A stretch of DNA of 64,000 nucleotides from Marsupella aquatica. Lineage: Eukaryota; Plantae; Marchantiophyta. The position numbers were made by a program, and so were the translations under genes. The notes below the pieces were generated by a model, which was not told the DNA's origin, made no database searches, and worked only from the letters and a program-made list of their open reading frames with translations. This document shows, piece by piece, positions 34,251 to 47,495 of the stretch. The stretch spans positions 18,611,292 through 18,675,291 of the forward strand of contig OZ316898.1 of NCBI GenBank assembly GCA_973895155.1, read 5' to 3'. The stretch's first letter is position 1. Every line of letters begins with the position of its first letter.

Positions 34251-37200
34251 TTTGGGATTGTTTACTTTGGCTTTTGGGGATCTTTTGGGGTCTCCTGCCT
34301 TAGGCATGCTGTTAGCGCTTTTTGTTCTTGCCAATGTGATGTGTACTGAGCCTTTGCTATATAAACTTATCAGCTGTAAATATTTTTTTCTGTTTTCATT
34401 TTATTTTGTCTAGAGATAAACATGGTATATTTGAGCAAACCCACTTTTAGAAAAGTCACGTGCATATCGCTGTAAGATCATTTCAACCCCCATGAACAAT
34501 TCTGAAAGGAGAATTTAAGGGTAGACAGCACCTCTTCCTGTTTTCTTTAAAGGCAGGTAGCACTTTTATTGGTTATGGAAAAATGTTATTGTATATTACA
34601 CTTGGGTCAGTCACTTGAGCAAGGCTCTAATTTAACTCCTTGATTCAACTTCATTTAATGCATTTGAAGTAACTATTACAGCTGCACAACAACATTGTGA
34701 ATAACAGAAATACCCCAAAAATACGCCATACCAATACTACTGAAATATAAATATTCTTTCTACTTGACATAAGACATATAAAGTATTATACACCTAATAT
34801 TATATTATATTATAAGTACAGGGTTGTTTGAGGAATCAAGTCATGTTGAAGAAAACCCATTGTGGAATGGATATGGTTTGTTGCACCTACAGCATCCTCA
34901 GGCAAATGTACCACGGACATTATAGTCTCCACAACAGAGCCAATTCCCGTCCTGATTGAACGTGGTCACCCATCTCCAGAGTTGACCTCCCCCTTCAATA
35001 ACGCAGTCTCTTCGTTAATAATGCTCCATTTAGGAGATATTGCTTGATGGGAGTGCAATCCCATATTCTTTCCAGGTCGGGATTCCATGTTAAGATATCA
35101 CCTGATAGGGTGATTACAACGGCTAAAACACAAACCATGTAGAATTGGTACACAGTCCTGATGCAGCCTGAACCATGTTCGTGGCTCTTCCCATGTAACA
35201 CACATTAGTTTTGAGCCAGACCACATCATTTCTGCATTCCAGCCTTGAGTTTTGCGACCTCCATTGCAAGGTTGGCGACATCAAGATTGATAGGTGCATG
35301 ATCAAACTTCGATGATAATCAGATGCTACTAAGATCAAAACTATGAATCCTGCATCCAGCTCAAGCATCCAGACAGTCATCACAGGACGCTCATGTCCAT
35401 CAAAAGTACTTGATCTTGCATCCAGCGAGCGTTCTTTCATCAAATAATGGCTATGCATTCACCTGATAAGTTAATAGCCATTCTCCATTCTACTCCAAGC
35501 TTGAGAGTATTATGAACTTGTATTGGCTTGGCTATGCATTCAGACAGCATGGAAATCAGATCTATTCTCCTCCAGATGCTTCAAATAAATGTAGGAGTGT
35601 GTTGGCCTGGCTATGCGACGATAATGATGGTGATCTACTTTCTTTCCCCGAGATTGAGAAGATTGTAAAAGTCTATTGGGAATGTTGTTACTAGTATGGA
35701 GATTATGAAGCCAAACAAAGGACTGAAAATAACAGATGGCAAACATTCTCAGTTGCTAAAACTTGTTGCTCTGACATCCTTCAGGCTAGCCTTTCACTCG
35801 TTCCTTGTGCGACTCTATCAGTTACAATCTTACAGTGTTCTCATATTTTATGGAAAGCGAAAAAGCAAGCAACTACATTTCTACGTTCCCGCACTGCATA
35901 ATCGTTAATCCCAGGGTCATGATGTTGAAAATCATTGGTCGTCTTTCACAGGGTCCTCTCAGCTGTTCACAAAGGAGGTTGACAGAGATCCACCCATCCC
36001 AAGGGATTGTTTCTTCTCTTTTGTAGTCTGTTACCCAGTTCTGGAGAAATCGACAACATGATGCACCATTCAAGAATCCCTATTCCAATCACTCCTCAAG
36101 AGAAAATGAACTGACGCATAAACACGAAGACAGCTCGGACACTTCACGGACCATCATTTCTTCCGCCTGAAGATATCTCCAGTGCGTTAATGCATCAACC
36201 CTAGCTTACCCTCTCCATAACTCGAAGACAGGAAGACAACTCGAACGCTACACGGGCCATCATTTTTTCCACCTCAAGTTATCTCCAGTGCGCTGAGATA
36301 TCAACCCTAGTTTACCATCTCCAGAACTAATTACCACATTTATCATTTTTTCAGCAAGCTCCGCTGTCACAGAATTACAAACTCTGAAAGTTACAAACTA
36401 ACCTATTTGCAGATGAGTCTCACTCTTGAATACCCTTCACTCGAAACTATAGTGTCCATTGGACGCCGTTGCCGACTAATTAACGAACACATAATTTCAG
36501 CACAACTGCTCTTCACTTTAGGCTGTCCCTCCCCTGTCCTAGCCCATCTTTCTGCCCAGCTTGCAGGTTCTGTAATTAATACCCAACACAATAATCTAGA
36601 ACTCCCACGTCCGAGCTCTCACATCACCGCCTCAATAGTGATATCTGAAACGGGAGTCTGACCCTTGTTCTTATGATTAGCAATCTCCTGGGGACGCTTC
36701 AACCATTGCTGCGCAAAGAATATCTACTTTTAATTTCCAGGCTTGGCTTCCTATTGAGGATAGTTCTAGCCCTTTATGACTTCTGTGCAGTGTAGAGTCC
36801 AGCTGTCCATTGACGCGCATAAATCAAGTGAGCATGACTAACACCTCGTTTGGACAGACAATTCCGTTGGTTTCGAATAACTGGGCTACACAAGCATATA
36901 CGCCATCCAAGCAAAAATGGGGAAAATGAAACATTCCACTGCGACACAGTGTATAGCAGATGTCATATATACAGCACCTTAGCTTACAACGACATCAATT
37001 TCCTCGATCTGGATCTTCAATGACTTGACAGGGAACTCCAGATGCAAAGATATCATACCCATATTTTTGATGCTAGTACAAGAGTAAATGCTCTGGCAGC
37101 CAGTGCAGAACCCACTGCTGTAATGAAATCGATTGAAATTGCAGTTTGGAGCCACTGAGTGTTGATGCAAGAGAAAATAATACTATTATTGGAAAAGGGA

Positions 37201-37828
37201 GGGAACCTCCTGACATTTGTAAGCCAAGTTCTTGATGCTCCGAAAAATCACCCTTGTCATCAATTACACATCTGCACGGTAGGATACACGAAGTCAGTAA
37301 GCGGCAGTAGAAGGGAAGACAAACAAAGTTCAGGTAGGAATCAATCGCTCAGATTCACGGCAAAGGGAAAGACCAACGCTCCATTGGTCTCTTGCTAATT
37401 ATAATACCTCCATTCCGACAGGATCTCACTAAAGCACGAGTCTGTTAATGGATGGATTGGAAGTGCCAGCATTCTCATTTACTGACTTCTTCCGGGTTCA
37501 GGCCTCAATGCTCACTCTTGTAGGCAACCAGGTATTTACAGGGGTCCTCAAGAAAGGACGAAATCCGTGAGATCAACACAGGAGAGAGCTCGAACTTCTC
37601 ACTCCCTACAAGGTTTGTATATTTCAAAAACTAATTCAACGAAGCAGGTACTATCCAGAGGAAAGAACATACTCCACAAGATAAAAAGCACGTTAACCAA
37701 ACACTGTCGACCTAGCGACAATGGCCTAATCTTGCAGGACGAAAGTTTAGGAAGAAGGAGACGAAGTACAGTGCACCTCGTCAAGACGAATTTAGCTCGG
37801 ATTTTCGATTTGTCAACAATTAGGACTA

Positions 37829-38847
37829 TTAAAGCGACTCGGGAAAAGGTTTCGTGAAGATACCTAAGCGGGTACTTCGGATAGGAATGTCCTTCAACTC
37901 GCGCCTCATACACAGCCACTCCCCAATGAGTGCTGTTGTTACACAGCAGATTATATTCACAACCCACCAGGTAACCGATGCTGGGAAACCCGCGTACATC
38001 GAACAGAAGATGAGATGAATAATGTACATTGTTACACTAAAATCCAAGCATTTTTTAGCCCTCTCAATCAGAAGCAAGAGGTAGCAAGCTCTGCATTCCA
38101 AACCACACACGATCAGTGCAAGACAACAGAAAACTCTAGAGCCCAAATGAATAATGTCACTAATCCCATTAGAGTGCAGTAAAATCATATTGTACTCTCT
38201 ACTTTTGTTTTCTGATGAGGCAATAATTTCAGAATTAAAGCTACTTTTATGGCAAAGATAGCAATCTGAGGAAAACTCGAAACATTTTCATGGAATTGCC
38301 ATAACTCTTAGCTCCCCTCCGCAACAAGGATCAGTTTAAACAAATCCAAAAGCGGAAGACTTATCAGAACCATGTCATGGATTAGATCCCAAGAGACAAA
38401 AGTGGACGTTGCTTTCCACATGCATATGAAATACATTTCCATTCGGAACAAAAAGCATTGGTAACCTTGCGATCTAAAACTAATTCAAGGCCATGTTCCT
38501 GAAATCCTCATCTACTGTAGAGGAGGTGCAGAGAGAGTTTTAAATCTGAGATCTAGTTGGCAGAAAGGACAAACGCCCAGATGAAGATGTTGCCTGTCTG
38601 CAAGGCAGCTGAGAGTTACTCACCCAGCAATTGCATTCGCAATGAATGCGCCAATGGTGCACCATCCCACAGCTGAAGATGGCACGACGTGCGAGTAGTT
38701 GAAGAAGAAATTAAGTGTGAATCTGGGAACTTGAGTGCCTACGAGAATGGTCAAAAGCAACCCAAGACTAAGATAGTACAAGCTTTGAATGCAGACGATT
38801 TGCGCCACTATCAACCAGGGATCCCATATCGTCGCCCCGTAGAACAT
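37829..38847 (-). CDS. SYS1: Protein SYS1 homolog (Golgi integral membrane trafficking protein)
   Basis: Exon 38624-38847 encodes MFYGATIWDPWLIVAQIVCIQSLYY.... Exon starting at 38090 encodes IERAKKCLDF...WW...GEWLCMRRELKDIP. The C-terminus either reads through to the stop at 37829 or splices at the donor at 37863. Confidence 0.92.
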
Positions 38848-40026
38848 TGCGCTGAACCTCTTTCGAATGCCTTCGGCAATCACAGGCCCGCCGCTGGACC
38901 ACTCCTGGCGTCCGAACCCGCCACGTTTTCTGCTTTTCCCGTCCGTGGTTAAAACGCCGGGAAACTCCAAAAAGCCACCAATTTTGAACTCGCTCTTAGC
39001 GGACGCCACCGTGACTCCCTCTTTGCGGACCGATCAGTAAGGACTCCTCTTGCCCCACGACCCTCAACCGCCTTCCTGCGAAACTAATGGCTCCACTGGT
39101 CGCTCCTGATCGTCCTGTGAAACTGATCGGAGAGCCCGGAAGGCTCGATTTCTGCGTGAAACGATGGAGCATCTTCTCATTGCCCTTGTACCATCCCTCC
39201 GCCCATTCTGAAGGTCAGCCCAAAAAGCGCCAACAAGGTCTTTTAAAACCCTAACACCGCACAGACATGAAATTCACAGTCCTCCACCGTCCTCTTCCGG
39301 GAAATGCTCTAGTCACATACAGCTTGCCAATCCGTATTACGACCTGCGTGCTCCTCTGTGAGCTTCCTTCTATCAAAGTTAACCCGAAAACCCCGATCTA
39401 CCTCCCCATTGTCTTGCACCGACCAGATAAACTCACAGTCATCACCGACTCACCATCCAATGCTCCTCCGTTGCTCCCCTCCGATTTTAGGTCATCAGCC
39501 TCTCCACCCGGAAACAACTCCTCCTCCCCTCCAGATCCTCACTCCTAATCTACAATTCCGGAATCTCCAGCACCTGGAAAAACTTCAGCACGACTGAACG
39601 TCGCCTCAATCCCTCTGTAACAAAAAGACAAAGAAACAGAGAGAGCGCTGTCTGGGACGGAATTGCGATGACGGAATCAAATCCTTCACTTCCTTCACTG
39701 CCTTCACCGTCACCGCACTTCTCGCGCTTCCGTCTCTGAAGCTTTGGACCTGTTTCGTCCGATGCAAATGAATGTGGGCAACGCGAGGTCTTCGGATCCG
39801 GGATTTGAGAATCCGATGCGACCGGAAGAGCAGCCAATGCGAATGCGAATGAGTGGGATCTGGACTCCGGAATGCGAGAGTGACAAATTCGGAAGTGGAG
39901 CTTTTCGCCTTTCGCCTTTCGCCCGTGCGCGGAAAATTGTGTGAGCGAGCGAAATGACGGCGATAGCGTTCACACGTTCAGAGAGGGAGAGCTTTGAAAA
40001 GGCACAATAAGGGATACAGTCAGCCT

Positions 40027-41270
40027 GACTCCCTGAATGTGTAACGAACAGCATTACATGTGTAAAACATTCATTTGAAATGAGACTCCCTGAATGTGTA
40101 ACATAAAGCATTACATGTGTAAGAAACTAGTTTGAGATGAGACTCCCTGAATGTGTAGCATAAAGCATTACATGCATAAGAAACTTGTTTGAGATGAGAC
40201 TCCCTGAATGTGTAACTGAAAAAAAAAATTTAAAAATGGGATTCAGACTCCCTGAATGTGCAACGTAAAGCATTACATGTGTGAGAAACTCGTTTGAGAT
40301 GAGACTCCCTGAATGAATGTATGGGATTCAGACTCCCTGGATGTGTAACATCAAGCATTACATGTGTAAGAAACTCATTTGAGATGATACTCCCTGAATG
40401 CATAGGATAAAGGACATACCTAAGGTGACCTTTGAGAGGTAGAGGGCAACCTTATATTGACTAGCATATGTGGGGAGAAATATGGCAGACCCCATGCTCG
40501 GAAAGGAATATGTATGTACTTGATCATATTTTCAGATTATGTGTTTAGTCATGCTTGGCTCACAAATATCCTGTCAGAATTTTCAAAGCTTTGCACAGAG
40601 ATTCAAGATCATTCTTGTAAATCTTGTAATTGGGCATTAAAATTTACAGGTGGAGTCCTATCAATGAACAGGGACCATAATTACTTAACACATGACTTTA
40701 AAGGGTAAGATAAAACTAAGGACTAAATATGGAACTTGGGTGAGTTAGGACTCCTTGAATGTGTAATGTGAATCATTATATGTGTAAGAGACTTGTTTCA
40801 GATAGGCTCCCTGAGTGTGTAAGGTAGATCAGGAAATGTAAAGAGTCCCTCAATGCAGAAGATAAAGCACTAAATGTGCAAGGACTCATGTTAGGTACAG
40901 TCTGACTCCCTGAAGTGCAATGTAAAGCATTAGGGTTTAAGCGTTATATTTGTAAGAGACTCGTTTGAGATGAGGCTCCCTTAATGTGTAACGTAAAGCA
41001 TTACATGTGTGAGAGACTCATTTGAGATGAGACTCCCTGAATGTGTAACTAAAAGCATTACAGGTGTAAGATACTTGTATAACATGAGACTCCCTGAAGG
41101 TAAAACAGTAAATGGAAGACTCCCTGGATGTGTAAGGTAAAGCAGTAAATGTAAGACTCCCTTGAACGCGGAAGATAAAGCACTAAATGTACAAGGTACT
41201 CATGTAAGGTAAGACTCCCTGAATGTGTAAGGTAATAAAAATATTAAATGTGTAAGGTACTAGACAGTGT
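40027..41270. repeat. 57-bp minisatellite in two blocks (40027-40400, 40750-41270), decaying towards about 42450
   Basis: Unit GACTCCCTGAATGTGTAAC.TAAAGCATTACATGTGTAAGAAACT.GTTTGAGATGA; starts at 40027, 40084, 40141 and 40198. Confidence 0.9.
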
Positions 41271-41927
41271 AAGGTCAATCTCTTGAGAGCAATGGTTCAT
41301 TTCTTGTTACCATTTGATGGGGCTTGCAATGTATAGGTTTAAGGGCGTACGGTTACCTTCACGAGGTATAGGGCAACCATATGTCGACCCGCGTATGCGG
41401 GGAGAAACATGGGAGACCTTAGTTGTTGGAAGTGTCACTTACCCAAAATACAAAAAGAAATAATGTTTTTGAGGGTGCTATCCAAAATGAATGTCTTATG
41501 TGATTTTGTAAGGTACATCCCTTCCCATAAGGACAAAAGATGACTTGTACTGTCACATAATGACCATTGACTTTGGCAATTAAGTCACTCAAACTTTTTA
41601 ATGACCTCTTTGTATACAGCCCAAGCCCCTTCACTTTGTAACAATATATAGTGTGCAAAATTTCCAAAAGCAAGGGTGTTTCAGCTTGAGGGATTTCAAT
41701 TATGGGAAAGTTTGTGTGTGCACCATCAAGAAGCAAACTGTTGGGATTAGGGTTTTCCACCTGTGTTGGGAAAATTGTGATTGAGTAAATGCATGGTGAC
41801 AACCCTCACACAAGTTCACAAGGGAGGGCTTGAGAAAGGCACCATTGAAGCTGTGGTAGATTTGGGATCTCGACCGGGGATTCCAAAGTTTTTAATGTAT
41901 CAAACAGTCATTATCAAATGCTATAGA

Positions 41928-41955
<28 letters not shown>
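41928..41955. repeat. (AT)n microsatellite
   Basis: About 14 uninterrupted AT units. Confidence 0.95.
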
Positions 41956-41969
<14 letters not shown>

Positions 41970-43288
41970 GCAAAATTTGTATATTACATAAAAATGACAG
42001 GGGGTGCAGTCAGACTCCCTGAATGCGGGCCTAAATGTGTATCATAAAGACTAAAGTGTAAGGTAAATCACTCTAAAGTGTGTTCTCTAAAATGAGTGTC
42101 TTATGTATTCATGTAAGGTAAAGCCCTCCCATGAGGCAATGGTACAAAATGAATGTCTTGTGTGATTGTGTAAGGTAAAGCCAATGGAATTCCCACTTAG
42201 TGCATGTGTAGTGTTGGGAGTAGGGTTTTCTGCCCTTGTGGTGCAAATTATCAAAGAGTGAATTGACTGTGACAATGTTCACATGTTTGTAGAGGAGTGC
42301 TTGTAAAATGCACAAGATATGGATGATAGAGTGAGCTCCTTCAATGACTGTCTAGCATAAATCACTCAATGTGTAAGGTACTCATGTAACTAAGGTAAAT
42401 ATCTCTTGAGGGCGTTTTCCATAAATGAATGTCTTGTAAATGTAAAGTAAGTTGTCCAATGATCGAGGGTCGCGTCAAGGGTGTCCCAAGTGAAAGCACA
42501 AGGGATTCCCAATTTGGGGAGATGCCCCAAATGGAGGCTTTAATCAAGTTTAAGTCATTTGAACCTTTTGTTTTAATTATATGGTTTGGATGTTTATTTG
42601 TTGAGCTAGTCTTACTGGGGAGATAAAAGAATGCATTCTTATGGTTGATAATGCCCAACATCAAAATATCTTCATGAATATGTCCCAAAAACAGTTTGAG
42701 CTTAGCTTTAGCCAGGTTTGGTGTCCAGTTTTAGGTAGGGTGGTCAGGAGCCAGGGTAGTTGTGATGTACATGGCTATGGCAAACTGGCAGGAATCAGCT
42801 CTACAGCACACACCCTGCTCTGGAAAGGGATCACTCTATTGTTTGAGCACTCATGCTAGTGTTTTGGACTATTTGTGCCCCACCCGCCCCCGCCGCTTAG
42901 GGAGGTGGGACTGTTTGCTCCTTTTTTATAGGTTGGGTTTTGTTTCATGCCTATGTCTTGGTGGTCGCCCGCGATCCACTCGTGGTCTTAGGCTGATTTT
43001 GGACCCTCCTTAGATCTTTCAACATTGTGGCCCTTGGTTGATGTTTGCTTGGCCCATCGCCTCTGTTTTCTCATTACCCTGCTGGTCTCTGTTGCGGTGA
43101 TCAGTTTGAATTCAATGGTGCACTACCGGTTTGAACAAAAACAAAAAAATCAGCGAATTCAATGGCTCACTGCTGGTTTGAACAAAAGAAGAAGAAGCAA
43201 TGTTCTAAAAATATATTTGTAGGGCTAGCTTAAAGAGGTGAGCAGCCCCAGCACATTGACTAGATAGTCATGTATACTTTTTGTATTT

Positions 43289-43820
43289 CTGGGATTTACT
43301 ACATTGCCATCATTTTGTTGCATAATACATACATTGTCACCATTTTTATGTTTATTAGTTTGCCACTGTTTTTAGCCTGTGGGTCAAGAAAAGTAACCCA
43401 AACTAGCTCCTCTGCCTCCACGACTGTTTGTGTTCCCCTTTTTCCAAGATCCATTGGCTTGATTCCCTCAGTCTCTGGTTTGACTGCCCTCTGGTCAGTT
43501 GGCCCAAAGGTGGGTTGCCTGCCCCCAACTGCGCCCCTTCTTGCCCTTGCCCTATAGCCCAACTGTAGCCTTCCCAATCCACCTTGGAGTCAACTGACCC
43601 GAGGGTGGTCAAAGAAGAGACTGAGAGAATCCAATGCTGTCAGATCTTGACCCCAATCTTGACAGGGGGAACACAGACAGCTGTTGGATGCCGAGGAGCT
43701 AACCTGGGTTACTTTTCTTGACCCACAGTTGAAAACAGTGACAATTGGATAAATAGAAAAAAAAATGGTGGGAGTGTATATCCCAGTTCAACAAAACTAT
43801 GACAATGTAGTAAATCCCAG
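43289..43820. mobile_element. Foldback / long-TIR non-autonomous element (about 530 bp)
   Basis: Arms 43289-43517 and 43575-43820 are inverted copies, e.g. CTGGGATTTACTACATTG / CAATGTAGTAAATCCCAG and CTGTGGGTCAAGAAAAGTAACCCA / TGGGTTACTTTTCTTGACCCACAG. No clear TSD. Confidence 0.85.
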
Positions 43821-44734
43821 TCTTGGATACATCCAACAAGTGGCAACTATATATTTAACCCAATCATCAGAATGATCTGAAGATATAGAAGGATGAAAAA
43901 ATCCTCAGAAAGTGGGGGCGCCCTAAGGGCTTTGAGCTTGACCATACTTTATTTAACAGAGTGTATTTTTCAAATTGATCATGCCTTGAGGGTCCTTAAT
44001 ATTTAATCAACAACAACTCATCCACTTTTCTTGTGAGAATAAAACAAAGGATGAGAAGGAAAAAGTCCCCACTAAAGTTTCCCAGAACATCCAGTTTCCC
44101 ACTAAAGTTTTGGGCTTGCAAATGTTTGTGTAAATCTTTTGAAAGCTAGGTAACCATCCTAACTTGACTCAGGTTAACAGATTTAAATGGGGTTAGTAGG
44201 ACTTTATGATAATGAAAGCTATCTCAAGAAACGCTGTTGACCCAACTGTAACCATACAACTGAGGAAGAAACTCCCTCATTTTGTTATCGCATAAGAGTC
44301 TTAGGAGTGAGAAACTAACATACAGTCTAGTATATTCATTAATCTAAACAGGGTAAACCCAGCTCTAACTAGGAGTAAAGTAATATGAGTCAAGGTTTCC
44401 AGGTTGGAAGGTAAGTTTGAAGTTCCATGTTGAATCAGAATTTAGCCAAAGTTCCCTAAAATTTACCTCCTGATTGATTTCCCCTTCTTGTTTTCCACTT
44501 CCCTCTTCTCCAATCCTCAAAGACTTTGTCACTTTTGATTTCTGATTAGCATTCCATATGTAAGTATTTATATATTATTGAATTGAATTGGTCACTCTTG
44601 CAGCACCAGTTGAGGTGGGTCTCTGGAGCAAAATAATATTCACTAATTATTCAGCTTCACCAATGTTCAATTTTGATAGATTCATTTTTGTCCAGTTTGC
44701 CTTTACTGCTAGACTAGGAACTGAACAGGCATTC

Positions 44735-45670
44735 ATATAGGACATGTAGTCTATAAAGGGAAGAAGCTCCTGTGCAACAATTATCCAGGCATTGCAGTTA
44801 CATCTGGTGCACTTATGCAAAGTCAACTTTAGTTAAGGGTATGGATTCCAACAACTTGTCAGGACAGGCCAGACTGGGGGTGTGAGGCTCATATGTTGAT
44901 CATAATAGTATGATGTTAAGACTGGAGTTATTACATAGCATAATTAAATGGCAAGCATTAACATCATAATTAATAAATAGACTCTGATCCCTTTCACACT
45001 TGCTCAATTGATAGTATGCAGATTGCGCAAGCTTTGCTCAGGCACACATATCCCTTCCCAACCTATTGCCTCACCCGTAAACTTTCTGCCGCCTAGAGTC
45101 ACACACTAGAGGCTTCACTCCACCATACTAGGCTCCAGACTGTATTTTTTTTAATTGCAAATGATTAGCTAGATCATATTGCATGGAAAAGAAGGGAATA
45201 AGCTCAAATTATCCAGGTATTGTAGTCACTCACCGTGCACTTATGCAGGGTCCACCTTAATTAGCGGTATGGGTACCACCAACTTGTCAAGAGGGTACCA
45301 GACCGCCAAGCTATTGACCTTCAGCTGGAGGCCGGTGCAAACATTGGGCCCGCATATATCTCCCCCACCTATTGCCTCACCCAAAAACTTGCTGTCACCC
45401 AGAGTCACTATCTAGTGGGTTCAGACTAGGCTCCAAATTGTAACTTCACTAACTTGCTCTTGCAAATTATTAGTTACTTAGCTAGATTATGATACCCATG
45501 GAAGAAAAGGGGAGGAGCTCGATTTTCCAGGTAGTGCAGTCACACACGGTGCACTTACGCAGGGTCCACCTTAATGACCGGTACGGACACCACCAACTCG
45601 TCAAGACGGTACCGGACCGCCAACCGATCGATCTTCCCGCCGGCGGCCGGTGCAAACGCCGGGTGGCACC
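44735..45670. repeat. Three diverged tandem copies of an about 317-bp unit
   Basis: TCCAGG.A.TG.AGT.AC....GTGCACTTA(T/C)GCA...CAACT(T/C)GTCA near 44784, 45212 and 45526; CCTATTGCCTCACCC...AGAGTCAC...ACTAGGCTCCA occurs twice. Confidence 0.8.
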
Positions 45671-47495
45671 GACCCGAGCCCCGGTTCGTGCTAACCGCGG
45701 TTAGAATAATGACCCTGGTACAAGTGCTGTACCAGTGTATCGGTTTTCTGATGAAGGAAAGGCGTCTTCGTTGATGAGGAGTCATCGCCCACGAGAAGAG
45801 AGGGAAACGAAGAGGAGCAGAGAAGAGAGAAAGAGCGACACAGAAGAGGAGCGAAAGGGCGAAGGAGAAGAGGACGTCGAAGCCCAATTGAGGAGGAGAG
45901 AGAGCGGAAGGACGAGAGGATTGAATGTGAGCGAGGAGAGTGTCCCAGAGAGTCGAGAACGAAAAAAATTCTGCGCTTTGCGGTCCTGTGGCGGTCGAGG
46001 AGGTTGGGCGAATTGGTGTGCTTGATTGCGCTGATTTGCGTGATGCGAGCAAGGGAGGGGGGATTCGGGAGGCGATGCGATTCTGTCGCTGTATAGGCGG
46101 AAGAGGATTGGAGAGCGGGGGAAAGGATGAGTTGTCTTCGTCGACTCGGGCTGTTTACGAGGGGGAATGTGTGTGGGGAGAGGAATTGCGAAGGGTCTGT
46201 TTGATCTTGTGCCTGGTGGACGACTAGGTGGTGCTGGAGGACGAGGTGTACCGTTGTAGCAGCAGCAGCAGCAGAAGAAGAAGGAGCAGTAGTAGGAGGG
46301 GACTACGGGAAGGGGAGGGGATCAGCAGGAGGAGCGGCTGGATGTGCAGGGCTGGCTCCGAAGTGCGAGTCCTGAATCCCTCCACTCAATTGTGAGTAAT
46401 GTAGTTTTTGCTTTCTGGTGTTTCCGGAGTTCTCTCTACGAGCACGGCTCATAAATGTTGCTTACGGCTAGTGGTCGCTCTTTGTCATCGGACGGAGTGA
46501 ATTTGGTAATAGGGTGTCTGAGTGAGAGACTTGGAGAGAAAGTAGGGAGGATTGGAGAACTGACAGGTTTGAATGTGACCTATGAATTGTCTGGATGAGG
46601 CGAGAGATTTAGAGGAATCAACAGCATGGAGGAGGAGAGAGAAGGACGATCCAATAGACAAGAGACAGACCCTTTGCCGACCATGTCTGTGGCCCACTGA
46701 TGGCTCTGGTCTAGTCTGGTCTTGACTGGGTTTAGAACTGGGAAGAGCACCCACTTTCTGGCATCCTGTACGCGGGATGCGATTGTGAAAAAACAGTGTG
46801 CTGTGCAGAGCTTTGCAAAATATTGTGGATGCCAGGACCCGTTTATCGTCAAGCTGCCTGACTAGGGAATCCTGCGGCCGCCCGTTTGCGAATGGTTTTA
46901 TGTCCAGAATGGGTCGAATTTGAGGGTTTTGGTCACCGTTTGCTGGTGACATTGTGAATTTCGCCTTATAGCTCCGTAATTCGAGGAACCCTTAGACGAT
47001 GTACCTCTGAATCTGATATTTGGGGTGAGTTCTAGACGTAATCTGTATCTCCCGTCCTCTTCAAACTTCGTTGTTCAATCACTAGAAGAGGATGTCAGAT
47101 GATTAAGGGGGTTCAATCCGTTTCAATAGGGTGTATGATGAAGGGTTTAGATTCTGTATTGTTAACTTGAAATGGAGCAAGCTTCGAAAGTGTTTTTCAC
47201 CGCTTCGTGGGTCAGATACCGAGCCTGACGGGTGATAGATATCGGGGCATCATGAGGGTAGATGAGAGTAGTTAGTGCAATAAAGTGAATGCTTCTACGT
47301 TAGGTTTGGTGCAGTTGCATGGTATGGTCACTGCTGCCGTCGAATGTGCACTGGTGTATCTTCCCTTTCAATTGAGCGTTAAATAAATTTTTCCAGTATC
47401 ACTAAAGTCGGGGTATAGTAGCCTTTTACATTCTTTGATTGCCGGCAATTCGGGTTTGACCTTCTGGAGATCTCGTTTGCAGACGTAAGAGGATA

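Noticed and set aside
40027-41270. CRISPR-like appearance of regularly spaced GACTCCCTGAATGTG repeats (also the 56-bp array at 59547)
   Set aside because: The intervening sequences are themselves repeated rather than unique spacers, there are no cas genes, and the context is eukaryotic.
45690-45740. Helitron 3' end suggested by the CTGGTACA...TGTACCAG hairpin
   Set aside because: No CTRR followed by T at the expected distance on either strand.
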